The notes: a model not told the origin generated them from the letters alone. Shown: positions 1 through 9,817, counted from the first letter of the stretch. The stretch: DNA of 20,353 nucleotides from Steroidobacteraceae bacterium (GCA_035276085.1 DATELY010000001.1:1-20353); one strand, 5' to 3'. Translations and numbers: made by a program.

Positions 1-469
1 CACTCGGAAGCGTACGCAGTACGCGGGTGCAATCACCTTGAAGAACTCGATTGATCGGGAACATGGCGGAGCCTCCGCTTGCATCGGCGGGATTGCCGAC
101 GCTCGCCCCCGACCACGGCGCGCGCAGCGGTCAAGGATCGAAGACCGCCGCAGGCGGCGAGTGCGTCCTCGCGCTCGTCCTTGACGGCGAGCACGGCGTG
201 GTACGCTGAAAGAGCAGAGGTAAGCCTGCTGTCTTCCTCCTTCTCATTCCTTACTCCTGGGTGCACGTGTTCGCCTCGGATGGCCGGCACCCGCTGCAGT
301 ATTGATCACCAAACCATCTCGCCCTTGCGGGCAAAATGTAAAACGATCCGACACCCGAATCAGCGACGGTTGGATGTCACGCCTGCTAGTTCTACACTCA
401 GTCTGAGAGTCTAAGAAAAACGCAGCCGGCGGGAGTCAACCGGCATAAACGGAATCACAGGGGCTAGCC

Positions 470-2773
470 GTGGCACGGAGAAGAAAGGGGAGCTCTGGGG
501 GAATCGGAGGCGTCGTCGTCGGCGCCATCATCCTGATGATCGCAGCGATCCCGAAGGAGATGTGGATCGCGATCGGCGCCGTTGCTCTGATTACGCTCAT
601 TGTGTGGCTACTTTCGAAGTCCAAGCAGGCCACCGAGCCACCGGCAGAACACAATGCCGAGGAAGAAACGGCGCGCTTTGAAGAGGCTCCCAGAAAGACA
701 ATACAGCGGTCTCGACCCCCGGAGCCCAAAGGTCGCAGCGTCCCACCGCGTTGGGTGTCCACATCGGAAACGGTCGAGGTCGCCGGCACGTCGATTACTG
801 GCGGAATGCTGTACTTCGGCTCAGACCTACGCGCATCGAGCGGTGATATTGAGCCGGCTTTGATCGACCCGCGCCAACCCGTCGCGCGTGACAAGGCAGA
901 TCCTGCGCTCAGCCAGATGGGTTACTGGCCTAGCTATTCGTCGATTTCGCCCTCAGCGCGCCGCTGCTACGTCGAATGGCTGGCGTCCGGCCGAAGCGAT
1001 CCGCAGGCTGACATCGGGTACGTCTTTCTATTTTTCTACGGGCTCGAACGGCGAGCATTAGTTGATGCTCCGTCCGATCAGACTGCGAAGGCAGACCTGC
1101 CACTGATCGAAGAAGAAGTGAAGCGTCTGCTTCGTCTCTACGGGCACAGTCGTTCGTTCCGACGGTATGCAAGCTCGTTCCTCGACTTGCTAGTTTCACT
1201 GGGTGCCGGAGATTCGATCGACGAAGCGCCCCCGCCGCAGGCTACGGACGGTGAAATGTCACTCGAGCTCAGACTCGGTCTTGGACGCATGGCGATGAGC
1301 GGGCGACCAGTCCCAGCCGAATGGGCGCACGCCTGGATGCTCCGGGATCCACGTATCCCGTTCCCGAAGGCATTGCAGCGCTGTCCGGTCGAATCCGAGA
1401 AAATGTTCATGAGTCTCTACCGCGATCGTCACGGGGAAGGCATCAAGCTACCGGCCAATCGCACGAAACTGCGCCTGAGCTATCGGCCGGCATCAGGCGG
1501 CTTTAGCGGCACGGAGTTCCAACTCCCGACGGGCGACGTGCCGGATATCACAGCCGTCGTGGCGCCTGCGAAGAAGATTGAAGCTCTTGTGGAGGAATGC
1601 GCAGCGGTGCTAGCGCCGTATTCCCGCTACATCGCCAAGAATCCGGATCAAGGCCAATCGCTCGAAGCGATCCTGCTCCTGCCCCATTCGCTCTGGCCTG
1701 CAACGGCACGGGCGACCATGCAGACCCTCGATGAGCGGATTGGCAGCGGCTTGCGGGTCATGTCGCTGGGCGAGCTGGCCTCGTCGTTTGGTAGTCCCGG
1801 GGCACTCACGCGCGAGCGGATTCGTTCACTCGCGCACGCGCTCGAAGAGATTCACATCGGCATCGAACCTGACGTCCTCGCTGGGGCACGAACTCCAAAG
1901 GCCGATGATCGAATCATTCTTTTCCGCACCGAGCCCGAGGACGGCACGACTCGACAAACGCCCGTGTACCAGGCTGCCTCGGTTACGCTCGATCTGGCTT
2001 GCAGCGTCGCGATGGCTGACGGAAAGCCGCACGCGAATGAACTGCGCCTGTTGATGAAGCAGATCGATGGCTGGACGCAACTCACGGAGGCGCAGCGCAA
2101 GCGACTTCGAGCGCGCTTGCGGATGGCTATTGACGCACCTCCTTCGCTCGCTTCACTAAGAAGCAAGCTGGACATCATCCCTGTCGCAGGCAGACGGGCG
2201 ATCGCACATCTGCTGTCGACGCTGGCGCAGGCGGATGGGACCGTGGATGCATCTGAAGTTCGTCTGCTCGAGAAAATCTATAAGGCGCTCGGCATCGATA
2301 CCGACGTCGCCTACAGCGATCTGCATATCGCTGCAGCAGCGGCACCGACCACCAAAGCCCCGGCAGCGGTCGCGCCCGCTGCTCCGGCAGAGGGTCTCAC
2401 GCTAGACATGGAACGGATCGAAGCACTGCAACGCGAGACGGCACAAGTCTCTGCTCTGCTGTCCAAGGTATTCGCCGATGACGCTGCTGACTCGATCGAG
2501 ACACTGGAGGAGTTGGAGGAGACGCAGCCCGTTGGCGACGGGTGTTTGCTCGGGCTCGATGCCGAGCACAGCATTTTCCTGCGTTTGCTTTTGACTCGAT
2601 CGTCCTGGCCGCGGCAAGACCTGGCAGACGCGGCCGCAGACATGGAGATGATGCTCGATGGTGCGCTCGAGCGAATCAATGAGGCATCCTTCGAGCAGTT
2701 CGATGAGGCGCTAATCGACGGCGACGATCCGATCGAGATCTCGCGCGAGGTTCTGGAGAAGATCGCGGCATGA
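470..2773 (+). CDS. Membrane-anchored TerB-N / TerB / TerB-C domain protein (767 aa, GTG start)
   Basis: Long ORF with GTG start at 470 and AGGGG about 10 nt upstream. One N-terminal hydrophobic helix (GVVVGAIILMIAAIPKEMWIAIGAVALITLIVWLL). VEVAGTSITGGMLYFG fits my memory of the TerB-N signature. Two TerB-like helical repeats (SVTLDLACSVAMADGKPHANELRLLMKQIDGW and AIAHLLSTLAQADGTVDASEVRLLEKIYKALGID). Acidic helical C-terminus consistent with TerB-C. Its TGA stop overlaps the next ATG (ATGA at 2770-2773). Confidence 0.65.
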   Translation: MARRRKGSSGGIGGVVVGAIILMIAAIPKEMWIAIGAVALITLIVWLLSKSKQATEPPAEHNAEEETARFEEAPRKTIQRSRPPEPKGRSVPPRWVSTSETVEVAGTSITGGMLYFGSDLRASSGDIEPALIDPRQPVARDKADPALSQMGYWPSYSSISPSARRCYVEWLASGRSDPQADIGYVFLFFYGLERRALVDAPSDQTAKADLPLIEEEVKRLLRLYGHSRSFRRYASSFLDLLVSLGAGDSIDEAPPPQATDGEMSLELRLGLGRMAMSGRPVPAEWAHAWMLRDPRIPFPKALQRCPVESEKMFMSLYRDRHGEGIKLPANRTKLRLSYRPASGGFSGTEFQLPTGDVPDITAVVAPAKKIEALVEECAAVLAPYSRYIAKNPDQGQSLEAILLLPHSLWPATARATMQTLDERIGSGLRVMSLGELASSFGSPGALTRERIRSLAHALEEIHIGIEPDVLAGARTPKADDRIILFRTEPEDGTTRQTPVYQAASVTLDLACSVAMADGKPHANELRLLMKQIDGWTQLTEAQRKRLRARLRMAIDAPPSLASLRSKLDIIPVAGRRAIAHLLSTLAQADGTVDASEVRLLEKIYKALGIDTDVAYSDLHIAAAAAPTTKAPAAVAPAAPAEGLTLDMERIEALQRETAQVSALLSKVFADDAADSIETLEELEETQPVGDGCLLGLDAEHSIFLRLLLTRSSWPRQDLADAAADMEMMLDGALERINEASFEQFDEALIDGDDPIEISREVLEKIAA

Positions 2774-4065
2774 CAACCATCAAAGCGAAAGAGCGAGACA
2801 CGGTTATTCAAGCGCTGCGTGCCGGCGTCGTACCGCGCATTGGGCAACACCTGATCCAGGTCGGCCGCGCAAGAGAGATCGAGACACTCCTCCGGGACAT
2901 CGAACGCATCGCCGAGGCCGGTACAGGTTTTCGCCTAGTGATCGGCGAGTACGGCGCGGGGAAGACCTTCTTCCTGAATCTCGTACGTGCTATCGCGATG
3001 GAAAAGCGGCTCGTCACAGCGCACGCCGACCTGAATCCGGACCGACGCTTACAGGCTTCCGGAGGCCAGGCACGCTCACTTTATGCTGAGCTGATGAAGA
3101 ACCTCTCGACGCGCACCAAACCTGACGGCGGAGCACTGTCCGGTGTTGTTGAAAAGTTCGTCGCACAAGCGAAGACGGAAGCTAAGGCTGCATCCCGCAA
3201 TAGTGAAGACGTGATTCGAGAGAAGCTTTCGAGCTTGTCGGAACTCGTCGGTGGCTACGACTTCGCAGAAGTCATCGCCGCATATTGCCGCGGCTTCGAG
3301 GAAGGCAACGACAAGCTCAAGGCAGACGCGGTACGGTGGCTACGCGGCGAATTCACGACAAAGACGGACGCCAGAGCAGCCCTCGGGGTGCGGACGATTG
3401 TCGACGACGATGCGTTTTACGATCAGCTGAAGCTCTTTGCGCGCTTTGTCAGGTTGGCCGGCTTCTCAGGGCTACTGGTCTGTCTGGATGAAATGGTGAA
3501 TCTGTACAAGCTCGCCAATGCTCAGGCGCGCAATGCCAATTACGAGCAAGTACTGCGCATTCTGAACGATTCACTGCAAGGCTCAGCCGATGGTTTGGGC
3601 TTCGTGCTGGGAGGTACGCCGGAGTTCCTGCTCGACACGCGACGTGGTCTGTACAGCTACGCGGCGCTTCAATCTCGACTCTCCGAGAACACTTTTGCCG
3701 CGCAAGCCGGGCTGCAGGATTTCTCAGGCCCAGTCCTTCGACTATCGAGTCTGACGAATGAGGACTTCTTTGTGCTCCTGCAGAAGCTCAGACACGTCTA
3801 CGCGAGTGGCAACGAGTCGAAATATCTGCTCCCGGACGACGGGCTCATCGCCTTTATGCAACACGCTTCGAAACGCCTTGGAGAAGCGTACTTCCGGACC
3901 CCAAGAACAACGATCACGGCGTTCCTGAGTCTGCTTGCCACGCTTGAACAGCACCCGCAGGCGAATTGGCGCGAAATGCTGGGCGCCGTGGTCGTGGAGG
4001 AAGACAAGGAAGGCAATGACGAGGGAGCCACCGAGGATGACGAGCTCGCATCCTTCAAACTCTGA
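2770..4065 (+). CDS. P-loop ATPase, BrxD-like (DUF2791-type) ATP-binding protein
   Basis: 431-aa ORF. Walker A RLVIGEYGAGKTFFLNL and Walker B LLVCLDEMVNL. Size and motif spacing match the BrxD/DUF2791 family as I recall it. Start overlaps the upstream stop, suggesting translational coupling. Confidence 0.65.
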   Translation: MTTIKAKERDTVIQALRAGVVPRIGQHLIQVGRAREIETLLRDIERIAEAGTGFRLVIGEYGAGKTFFLNLVRAIAMEKRLVTAHADLNPDRRLQASGGQARSLYAELMKNLSTRTKPDGGALSGVVEKFVAQAKTEAKAASRNSEDVIREKLSSLSELVGGYDFAEVIAAYCRGFEEGNDKLKADAVRWLRGEFTTKTDARAALGVRTIVDDDAFYDQLKLFARFVRLAGFSGLLVCLDEMVNLYKLANAQARNANYEQVLRILNDSLQGSADGLGFVLGGTPEFLLDTRRGLYSYAALQSRLSENTFAAQAGLQDFSGPVLRLSSLTNEDFFVLLQKLRHVYASGNESKYLLPDDGLIAFMQHASKRLGEAYFRTPRTTITAFLSLLATLEQHPQANWREMLGAVVVEEDKEGNDEGATEDDELASFKL

Positions 4066-6265
4066 TGAATCCGGCTTTTCCCTCCTCCATCCGAGCATTC
4101 AGCGCTGGGTATGGTCAAAGGGGTGGACATCGCTGCGCGACGCTCAGGAGCGAGCGATCCGACCCATTTTGGAAGCCAGGGAAGACATCATCATTGCAGC
4201 GGCGACTGCCGCCGGAAAGACTGAAGCCGCGTTCCTACCCATCCTAACGAACATCGCCAATGCGGGTGAGGAATCAGCGCTCGCAATCTATGTCAGCCCC
4301 CTCAAAGCACTGATCAACGATCAGTGGGGGCGCCTCGAAGAGCTGTGCGAATCCCTCGAGCTGCCGGTTATTCCCTGGCATGGCGACATCCCAGCGAGCA
4401 GAAAGACCCGGTTCCTTAAGTATCCGCGTGGTGTTCTGCTGATCACCCCTGAATCGCTAGAAGCGATGTTTGTAACTCGAGGAAGTGAGACTCCGCGCCT
4501 GTTTGCAGCGTCTCAGCATGTCGTCATCGACGAGCTGCATGCTTTCATCGGCACCGACCGCGGCAAGCAGATGCAGTCTCTCCTCCACCGGATCGATGGT
4601 GCGGCCGCCAAGCGAATACCGAGAGTGGGACTCTCCGCGACGCTCGGAGACATGAAACTCGCCGCCTCATTCCTACGGCCGAACGAAGCTGAGCAGGTGC
4701 GCCTCATCGTTTCGCAAGGCGGCGGGCAGGAGCTTCGGATCCAGGTGCGCGGCTACCTCTGCCCTGCTTTCATCAAGAGCGACGAGAACGCGGAGCATCG
4801 CGACGAGCAAACCCTCGGCTCGGAAAATGCCATCGCGGACCATCTCTACCGGGTGCTTCGCGGCACCAACAATCTCATCTTTCCGAACTCGAGAAAGAAG
4901 GTCGAGTTCTACACCGACGCATTGCGCCAGCGCTGCGAGGCGAACGCAGTGCCCACTGAGTTCTGGCCTCATCACGGAAGTCTCGCACGGGCGATCAGAG
5001 AGGAAACGGAGAAGGCGCTCAAGCAAGGCGACCGGCCCGCAACCGCCATCTGCACGACGACACTGGAGCTGGGCATAGACATTGGGGCCGTACAGAGCGT
5101 CGCGCAGATCGGTCCCGGTCCGTCCGTGGCATCGCTTCGGCAGCGTTTGGGGCGCTCGGGACGACGCCAAGGCGAGCCTGCGATTCTACGTTCCTACAAT
5201 ATCGAGCAGGCGCTGACGGAGAAGTCTTCGCTCTCCGACTGCCTGCGCGAAGCGCTCGTACAGTCGATTGCAATGATTCGATTACTACTGCGAGGCTGGT
5301 TCGAGCCGCCTCACTCGAGCGGCCTGCACCTCTCCACGCTCGTTCAGCAGGTACTGTCCGTCATCGCGGAACGCGGTGGCGCACACGCAAGTCAGCTCTA
5401 TAGGTCGCTAATCAGCGAAGGTGCGTTTCACGGACTCTCATCGGCAGAGTTCGGCGAGTTCCTGAGTAGCCTCGGGAGCAAGGACCTCATCGCTCAGGAC
5501 CGGACGGGTCTGCTGCTCCTCGGAGAGGCCGGGGAACGATTCGTAGGTAGTCATGACTTTTACTCAGCCTTCACGTCCGAGGAAGAATGGCAGATCCTCT
5601 GCCAGGGCCAAACTATGGGCTCGCTGCCCATCAGCTCGCCGATCTTTCCGGGGATGCGATTGATATTCGCAGGACGACGATGGCAGGTTGTTGCCGTCGA
5701 TGAGGAGGCGCTTGTCGTGTCTGTCGCATCAGATCCAGGCGGCTTGCCGCCACTCTTTGGTGGCGGCAAAGCGAGCACGCACGACGTCGTACGACGCGAG
5801 ATGCGCGATGTGCTCGCTGCGAACGAGACGATTGGCTTCCTCGACTCGACCGCCTCCTCGCTGCTCGTCGAGGCTCGCCAGCAGTTTTCCAAGCTCAAGC
5901 TCGACGACACGCGTGTGATCAAGGCCGGCAACCTGACAACCGTGTTCACGTGGCGCGGCGACGCCGCCAACGATGCTCTAGTGCTGCTACTGCGCGGTCT
6001 CGGTATCGACAACGTCGAGAACGAGGGTCTCTATGTTGAAATCGCCAAGTGTGACGATGATCGGCTGCACGATGCCCTGTCGGATATCGCAGAGCTGCGC
6101 GATGTCGACTACATCAGCCTACTGACAGACGTATTCAACATGCGAAGGAGCAAGTGGGATTGGGTTCTCTCTGACTCACATCTCAGGAGATCGTTCGCCT
6201 CCTCGCATCTATCGTTTGAAGGCGCGCGTGCAATCGCACGCGAGTACGCAGATCTAAACCACTGA
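4037..6265 (+). CDS. Superfamily 2 DEAD/DEAH-box helicase, Lhr-like (BrxHI-like), with long C-terminal extension
   Basis: Motif I IIIAAATAAGKTEAAFLPIL, motif II VVIDELHAF (DEAH-type), motif III SATLG, motif VI-like LRQRLGRSGRR. About 350 aa follow the helicase core, as in Lhr-type proteins. The ORF track starts at 3935. I prefer ATG 4037 (GGAG 11 nt upstream; typical Lhr N-terminus FSLLHPSIQRWVWSKGW). ATG 4016 is also possible. Overlaps the upstream gene by 29 nt. Confidence 0.75.
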   Translation: MTSSHPSNSDESGFSLLHPSIQRWVWSKGWTSLRDAQERAIRPILEAREDIIIAAATAAGKTEAAFLPILTNIANAGEESALAIYVSPLKALINDQWGRLEELCESLELPVIPWHGDIPASRKTRFLKYPRGVLLITPESLEAMFVTRGSETPRLFAASQHVVIDELHAFIGTDRGKQMQSLLHRIDGAAAKRIPRVGLSATLGDMKLAASFLRPNEAEQVRLIVSQGGGQELRIQVRGYLCPAFIKSDENAEHRDEQTLGSENAIADHLYRVLRGTNNLIFPNSRKKVEFYTDALRQRCEANAVPTEFWPHHGSLARAIREETEKALKQGDRPATAICTTTLELGIDIGAVQSVAQIGPGPSVASLRQRLGRSGRRQGEPAILRSYNIEQALTEKSSLSDCLREALVQSIAMIRLLLRGWFEPPHSSGLHLSTLVQQVLSVIAERGGAHASQLYRSLISEGAFHGLSSAEFGEFLSSLGSKDLIAQDRTGLLLLGEAGERFVGSHDFYSAFTSEEEWQILCQGQTMGSLPISSPIFPGMRLIFAGRRWQVVAVDEEALVVSVASDPGGLPPLFGGGKASTHDVVRREMRDVLAANETIGFLDSTASSLLVEARQQFSKLKLDDTRVIKAGNLTTVFTWRGDAANDALVLLLRGLGIDNVENEGLYVEIAKCDDDRLHDALSDIAELRDVDYISLLTDVFNMRRSKWDWVLSDSHLRRSFASSHLSFEGARAIAREYADLNH

Positions 6266-6327
6266 TCAAGGAACACCACGCAGATGCCGAAGATGGACCT
6301 CGTCAAGAAGATTAGGGAATTCAAGGC

Positions 6328-9300
6328 ATGCTAGCAGCCCATCAATCGTTGCGACTAAGCGCCTCGGATCTCGTCGGCCATCTCAACTGCCGGCATCTGA
6401 CGGCCCTCGAGCTCGAGGCGACCAATGGAACGATCGAGCGCCCAACTTTCCGCGATCCATTGCTGGAAATCCTGTGGGAACGCGGCGCACTCCACGAACG
6501 CCAGTACGTGGACTATCTTGCGAAGGAAGGCTACGCGGTCATCCACATCGAGGGCGTTGGGATTACTCAGGAAGCTGTGCAGCAAACGCAGGCCGCGATG
6601 AAAGCAGGCACTGAGGTCATAGTACAGGCCGCGCTGTCTGGTGGACGCTGGGGCGGCCGGCCCGACATCCTCAGACGCGCCGCGGCACCAAGCGCGCTTG
6701 GGAATTGGTCGTACGAAGTCCTAGACACGAAGCTTGCGCGCGAGACTAGAGGCGGCACAGTCCTGCAACTCTGCCTCTATGCGGATCTTCTTGCCACCGC
6801 TCAGGGACTGTCGCCGGAGTACATGTATGTCGTGAAACCCGGTGCAACCTTTGAGCTGCAGCGCTTCCGGACAGCCAGCTACGAAGCGTACTACCGATAC
6901 GTCAAACGTAGTCTTGAACGTTCGCTTGAGGCCGGTGACGCGACATATCCGAACCCGAAGGAGCACTGCGAGATCTGCCGCTGGCGCATGCAGTGCAACC
7001 TCAAGCAACGGCACGATGACCACCTGTGCCTTGTCGCAGGAATCACGAAAATACAGATTGGTGAGCTCCAGCGCTACGGAATTCACACTGCCGCCGCGCT
7101 CGCACGGATGCCCGTCCCATTACAGTGGAAGCCTGAGCGAGGAGTACCTCAGTCCTACGAGCGATCGCGTGAGCAGGCGCGCGTCCAAGTCGCAGCTCGT
7201 ACGTCGGGGCACCCAATCTACGAGACCATCCCACCGGAGCCCGGGATCGGACTGGCTCGACTGCCGGAACCATCGCCTGGCGACATCTTCTTCGATCTCG
7301 AGGGCGATCCATTCGTGGGTGAGGGTGGCCTTGAATTCCTTTTCGGCTACCTATTCCTCAGCGAGAATGGCGAGCAGTCCCATGTCGGAGAGTGGGCCTT
7401 CAATCGCAATGACGAACAACGCGCCTTCGAGCGCTTTGTTGATTTCACAATGGCGCGCTGGTCGCGGCATCCCGCGATGCACGTCTACCACTATGCATCT
7501 TACGAACCAGGCGCACTGAAGCGCCTGATGGGACGTTACGCCACGCGAGAGGACGAAGTAGACCGCATGCTTCGTGGCGGCCTGTTTGTCGATCTCTACA
7601 CGATCGTGCGGCAAGGCATTCGCGCCAGTGTCGAGAGCTATTCGATCAAGAATCTGGAAGTTTTCTGTGGCTTCACTCGTAAGGTGCCACTCGCCGACGT
7701 GCGCCCTGCCCTCGCGACCGTGCAGGCCGCATTGGAGCTTGCAGACTTAGCACAGGTCAGCGAGCAGGATCGGGAGATCGTCGAAGCGTACAACCGAGAT
7801 GATTGCGCTTCTGCCCAGGCGCTGCGCAATTGGCTGGAGGCTGTTCGGGCAAAGCTGATCACGGAAAGGGCAACGATCGCGCGCCCCGCGGCCGAGTCTT
7901 CCGAGCCCACACAGGAAATCGGCGAGCGCCAGCAACAGATCGAAGCACTGGTCGCCAGACTGACGCAGGGTGTCCCAGCAGAAATCGAAGGTCGCACTGC
8001 CGAGCAGCAAGGCCGATGGATCCTGGCCTACACGCTGGATTGGCACCGGCGCGAGCTCAAGTCGGTCTGGTGGGAATACTTTCGGCTCTCCGACCTGACC
8101 GTAGATGACCTTCTCGACGAGCGTTCCGCACTCGCGGGACTAGAGTTCATCCAGGAGATTGGCGGCACGAAGAAGGCCCCGATTCATCGCTATCGCTTCC
8201 CGGCTCAAGACACCGATCTGAGACCAGGGGACACACTCTGCATGGTGGGTGGTGAAAATCTCGGTCGGATCGAAGCTGTCTCGTATGAGGATCGAACGAT
8301 CGACATCAAGAAGCGAATGGACACCGCATCCGTGCATCCGCAGGCGGTCTTCGAGCATGACCTCGTCGGCACCAATGAGCAGGCCGATGCGCTGATGCGG
8401 CTCGGCATGCATGTGGCGGAACATCGGATAGAAGGGGATGGTCCGTATCAAGCAGCGCGCGATCTGCTGCTGCGTCGGTCACCGGTTGTTTCCCCCGTAC
8501 GCCATGCTGGCGAGACAACGCTGGCTGCGGCGACTCGTCTGGCTCCGATGCTTTCCTCCGGCGTATTGCCCATCCAGGGGCCGCCGGGTGCGGGCAAAAC
8601 GTACACCGCCGCACGCATGATTTGCGAGCTGGTTCGAGCTCGAAAGAAAGTCGGAATCACCGCCAACAGTCACAAGGTCATTCGCAACCTACTAAATGAG
8701 GTCGTGAAAGCAGCTGATGATCTAAATGTCGATATCTCTTGCGTTCAGAAGCCCGGGGAGCCCGAAGAGGATGTTCATCGCATCCGGTTCGCCAGAAAGA
8801 ACGAGGATGTCTTCGCCGCACTCGCTGGGAATTGCGATGTTGCCGGCGGAACCTCGTGGCTCTGGGCGCGCAAAGAGGCATTTGAGTCGGTCGATGTTCT
8901 GTTCGTGGATGAAGCAGCGCAGATGTCTCTCGCGAACGTGCTTGCAGTGGCGCACGCATGCAAGACGCTCATTCTCGTGGGCGACCCACAGCAACTGGAG
9001 CAACCTACGAAGGGCAGCCACCCTGAAGGTACGGACGTATCGGCGCTGCATCATATGCTTGGCGGCAAACCAACCATTGAAGCCGAACAAGGTCTGTTCC
9101 TCGAGGAAACCTGGCGGCTACATCCTGCTATCTGCAAATTCACTTCCGAACTTTTCTACGAGGACAAACTTCGACCCCGTCCTGGCCTCGAGCGCCAAAC
9201 GATCCGTTCGACGCGAGCGAATGGATCAGGACTGCGTTTCTTTGCTGTGGCACACGAAGGCAACCAGAACTCAGCGCCCGAGGAAGCCGATCAGATTCGC

Positions 9301-9705
9301 GCAATTGTTGACGACATCCTCGGCACAAGGAGCACTTGGGTCGACGCGAAAGGCAAGGAGCTGCCGCTTGAGCCCACAGATCTCCTCATCATCGCACCCT
9401 ACAATGCGCAGGTCTTCGAACTTCAGGAGCGCCTACCTGCCTTTCGCGTTGGTACCGCCGACAAGTTCCAGGGCCAGGAAGCACCGATCGTGATCTATTC
9501 GATGACCACTTCCACTCACGCTGACGCCCCACGAGGGATGGAGTTTTTGTACAGCTTAAACCGATTGAACGTTGCAACGTCGCGAGCGAAGTGCCTATGT
9601 ATTCTCGTAGGGTCGCCGGCGCTGTTTGAACCCGAATGCAAGACGCCTGGGCAAATGGAATTAGCGAATGCGTTCTGCCGATATCTGGAGATGGCTACAA
9701 GCTAG
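6328..9705 (+). CDS. Nuclease-helicase fusion: Cas4/RecB-family PD-(D/E)xK nuclease with Fe-S cysteines + DnaQ/RNase-H-like domain + SF1B (Upf1/DNA2-like) helicase
   Basis: N-terminal nuclease motifs: GRPDIL (motif II), YEVLDTKLA (E-x-D-x-K motif III), QLCLYADLL (QhxxY). Cys ligands: one Cys in LNCRHLTALE plus CEICRWRMQC (C-x2-C-x5-C), the Cas4/AddB 4Fe-4S pattern. Mid-region DIFFDLEGDPF and YHYASYEPG resemble DnaQ-like exonuclease I/II motifs. C-terminal helicase: Walker A IQGPPGAGKTYTAA, Walker B VLFVDEAAQM, LILVGDPQQL, motif VI VATSRAKCLCILVG. Confidence 0.8.
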   Translation: MLAAHQSLRLSASDLVGHLNCRHLTALELEATNGTIERPTFRDPLLEILWERGALHERQYVDYLAKEGYAVIHIEGVGITQEAVQQTQAAMKAGTEVIVQAALSGGRWGGRPDILRRAAAPSALGNWSYEVLDTKLARETRGGTVLQLCLYADLLATAQGLSPEYMYVVKPGATFELQRFRTASYEAYYRYVKRSLERSLEAGDATYPNPKEHCEICRWRMQCNLKQRHDDHLCLVAGITKIQIGELQRYGIHTAAALARMPVPLQWKPERGVPQSYERSREQARVQVAARTSGHPIYETIPPEPGIGLARLPEPSPGDIFFDLEGDPFVGEGGLEFLFGYLFLSENGEQSHVGEWAFNRNDEQRAFERFVDFTMARWSRHPAMHVYHYASYEPGALKRLMGRYATREDEVDRMLRGGLFVDLYTIVRQGIRASVESYSIKNLEVFCGFTRKVPLADVRPALATVQAALELADLAQVSEQDREIVEAYNRDDCASAQALRNWLEAVRAKLITERATIARPAAESSEPTQEIGERQQQIEALVARLTQGVPAEIEGRTAEQQGRWILAYTLDWHRRELKSVWWEYFRLSDLTVDDLLDERSALAGLEFIQEIGGTKKAPIHRYRFPAQDTDLRPGDTLCMVGGENLGRIEAVSYEDRTIDIKKRMDTASVHPQAVFEHDLVGTNEQADALMRLGMHVAEHRIEGDGPYQAARDLLLRRSPVVSPVRHAGETTLAAATRLAPMLSSGVLPIQGPPGAGKTYTAARMICELVRARKKVGITANSHKVIRNLLNEVVKAADDLNVDISCVQKPGEPEEDVHRIRFARKNEDVFAALAGNCDVAGGTSWLWARKEAFESVDVLFVDEAAQMSLANVLAVAHACKTLILVGDPQQLEQPTKGSHPEGTDVSALHHMLGGKPTIEAEQGLFLEETWRLHPAICKFTSELFYEDKLRPRPGLERQTIRSTRANGSGLRFFAVAHEGNQNSAPEEADQIRAIVDDILGTRSTWVDAKGKELPLEPTDLLIIAPYNAQVFELQERLPAFRVGTADKFQGQEAPIVIYSMTTSTHADAPRGMEFLYSLNRLNVATSRAKCLCILVGSPALFEPECKTPGQMELANAFCRYLEMATS

Positions 9706-9791
9706 GAGCTACGAAGTAAGCGATTAAGCTACCGCCTCGGGAACGCGCTGCCGATTAACTAATTCAGTTTGAAATCGGTGTTGGTGTATCA

Positions 9792-9817
9792 GGGAACTTG
9801 GGAGTTCCTCATTTCTT
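9792..9817 (+). terminator. Possible intrinsic terminator after the four-gene operon (GGAACT-TGGG-AGTTCC hairpin followed by TCATTTCTT)
   Basis: 6-bp perfect stem, 4-nt loop and a T-rich tail about 90 nt after the ORF4 stop. Short stem and imperfect U-tract. Confidence 0.3.

Noticed and set aside
33-290. 85-aa minus-strand ORF, and 111-aa plus-strand ORF 79-414, in the first 470 nt
   Set aside because: No RBS and no recognisable motifs. The plus-strand ORF is Arg/Ser-rich junk. This is probably the promoter or leader region of the operon. The minus-strand ORF is kept only as a very weak possibility.
436-894. 152-aa minus-strand ORF overlapping the start of the TerB-domain gene
   Set aside because: Antisense to a gene with a TM segment and conserved domains. 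No RBS and low-complexity translation.
3935-4036. Upstream extension of the helicase ORF (track start 3935)
   Set aside because: The extension would overlap the preceding ATPase gene by 131 nt and encodes Arg/Trp-rich sequence. ATG 4037 (or 4016) has an RBS and gives a typical Lhr N-terminus.
8726-9493. 255-aa plus-strand ORF in an alternative frame inside the nuclease-helicase gene
   Set aside because: It overlaps the helicase motif region in another frame. The translation is Ser/Arg-rich without motifs.
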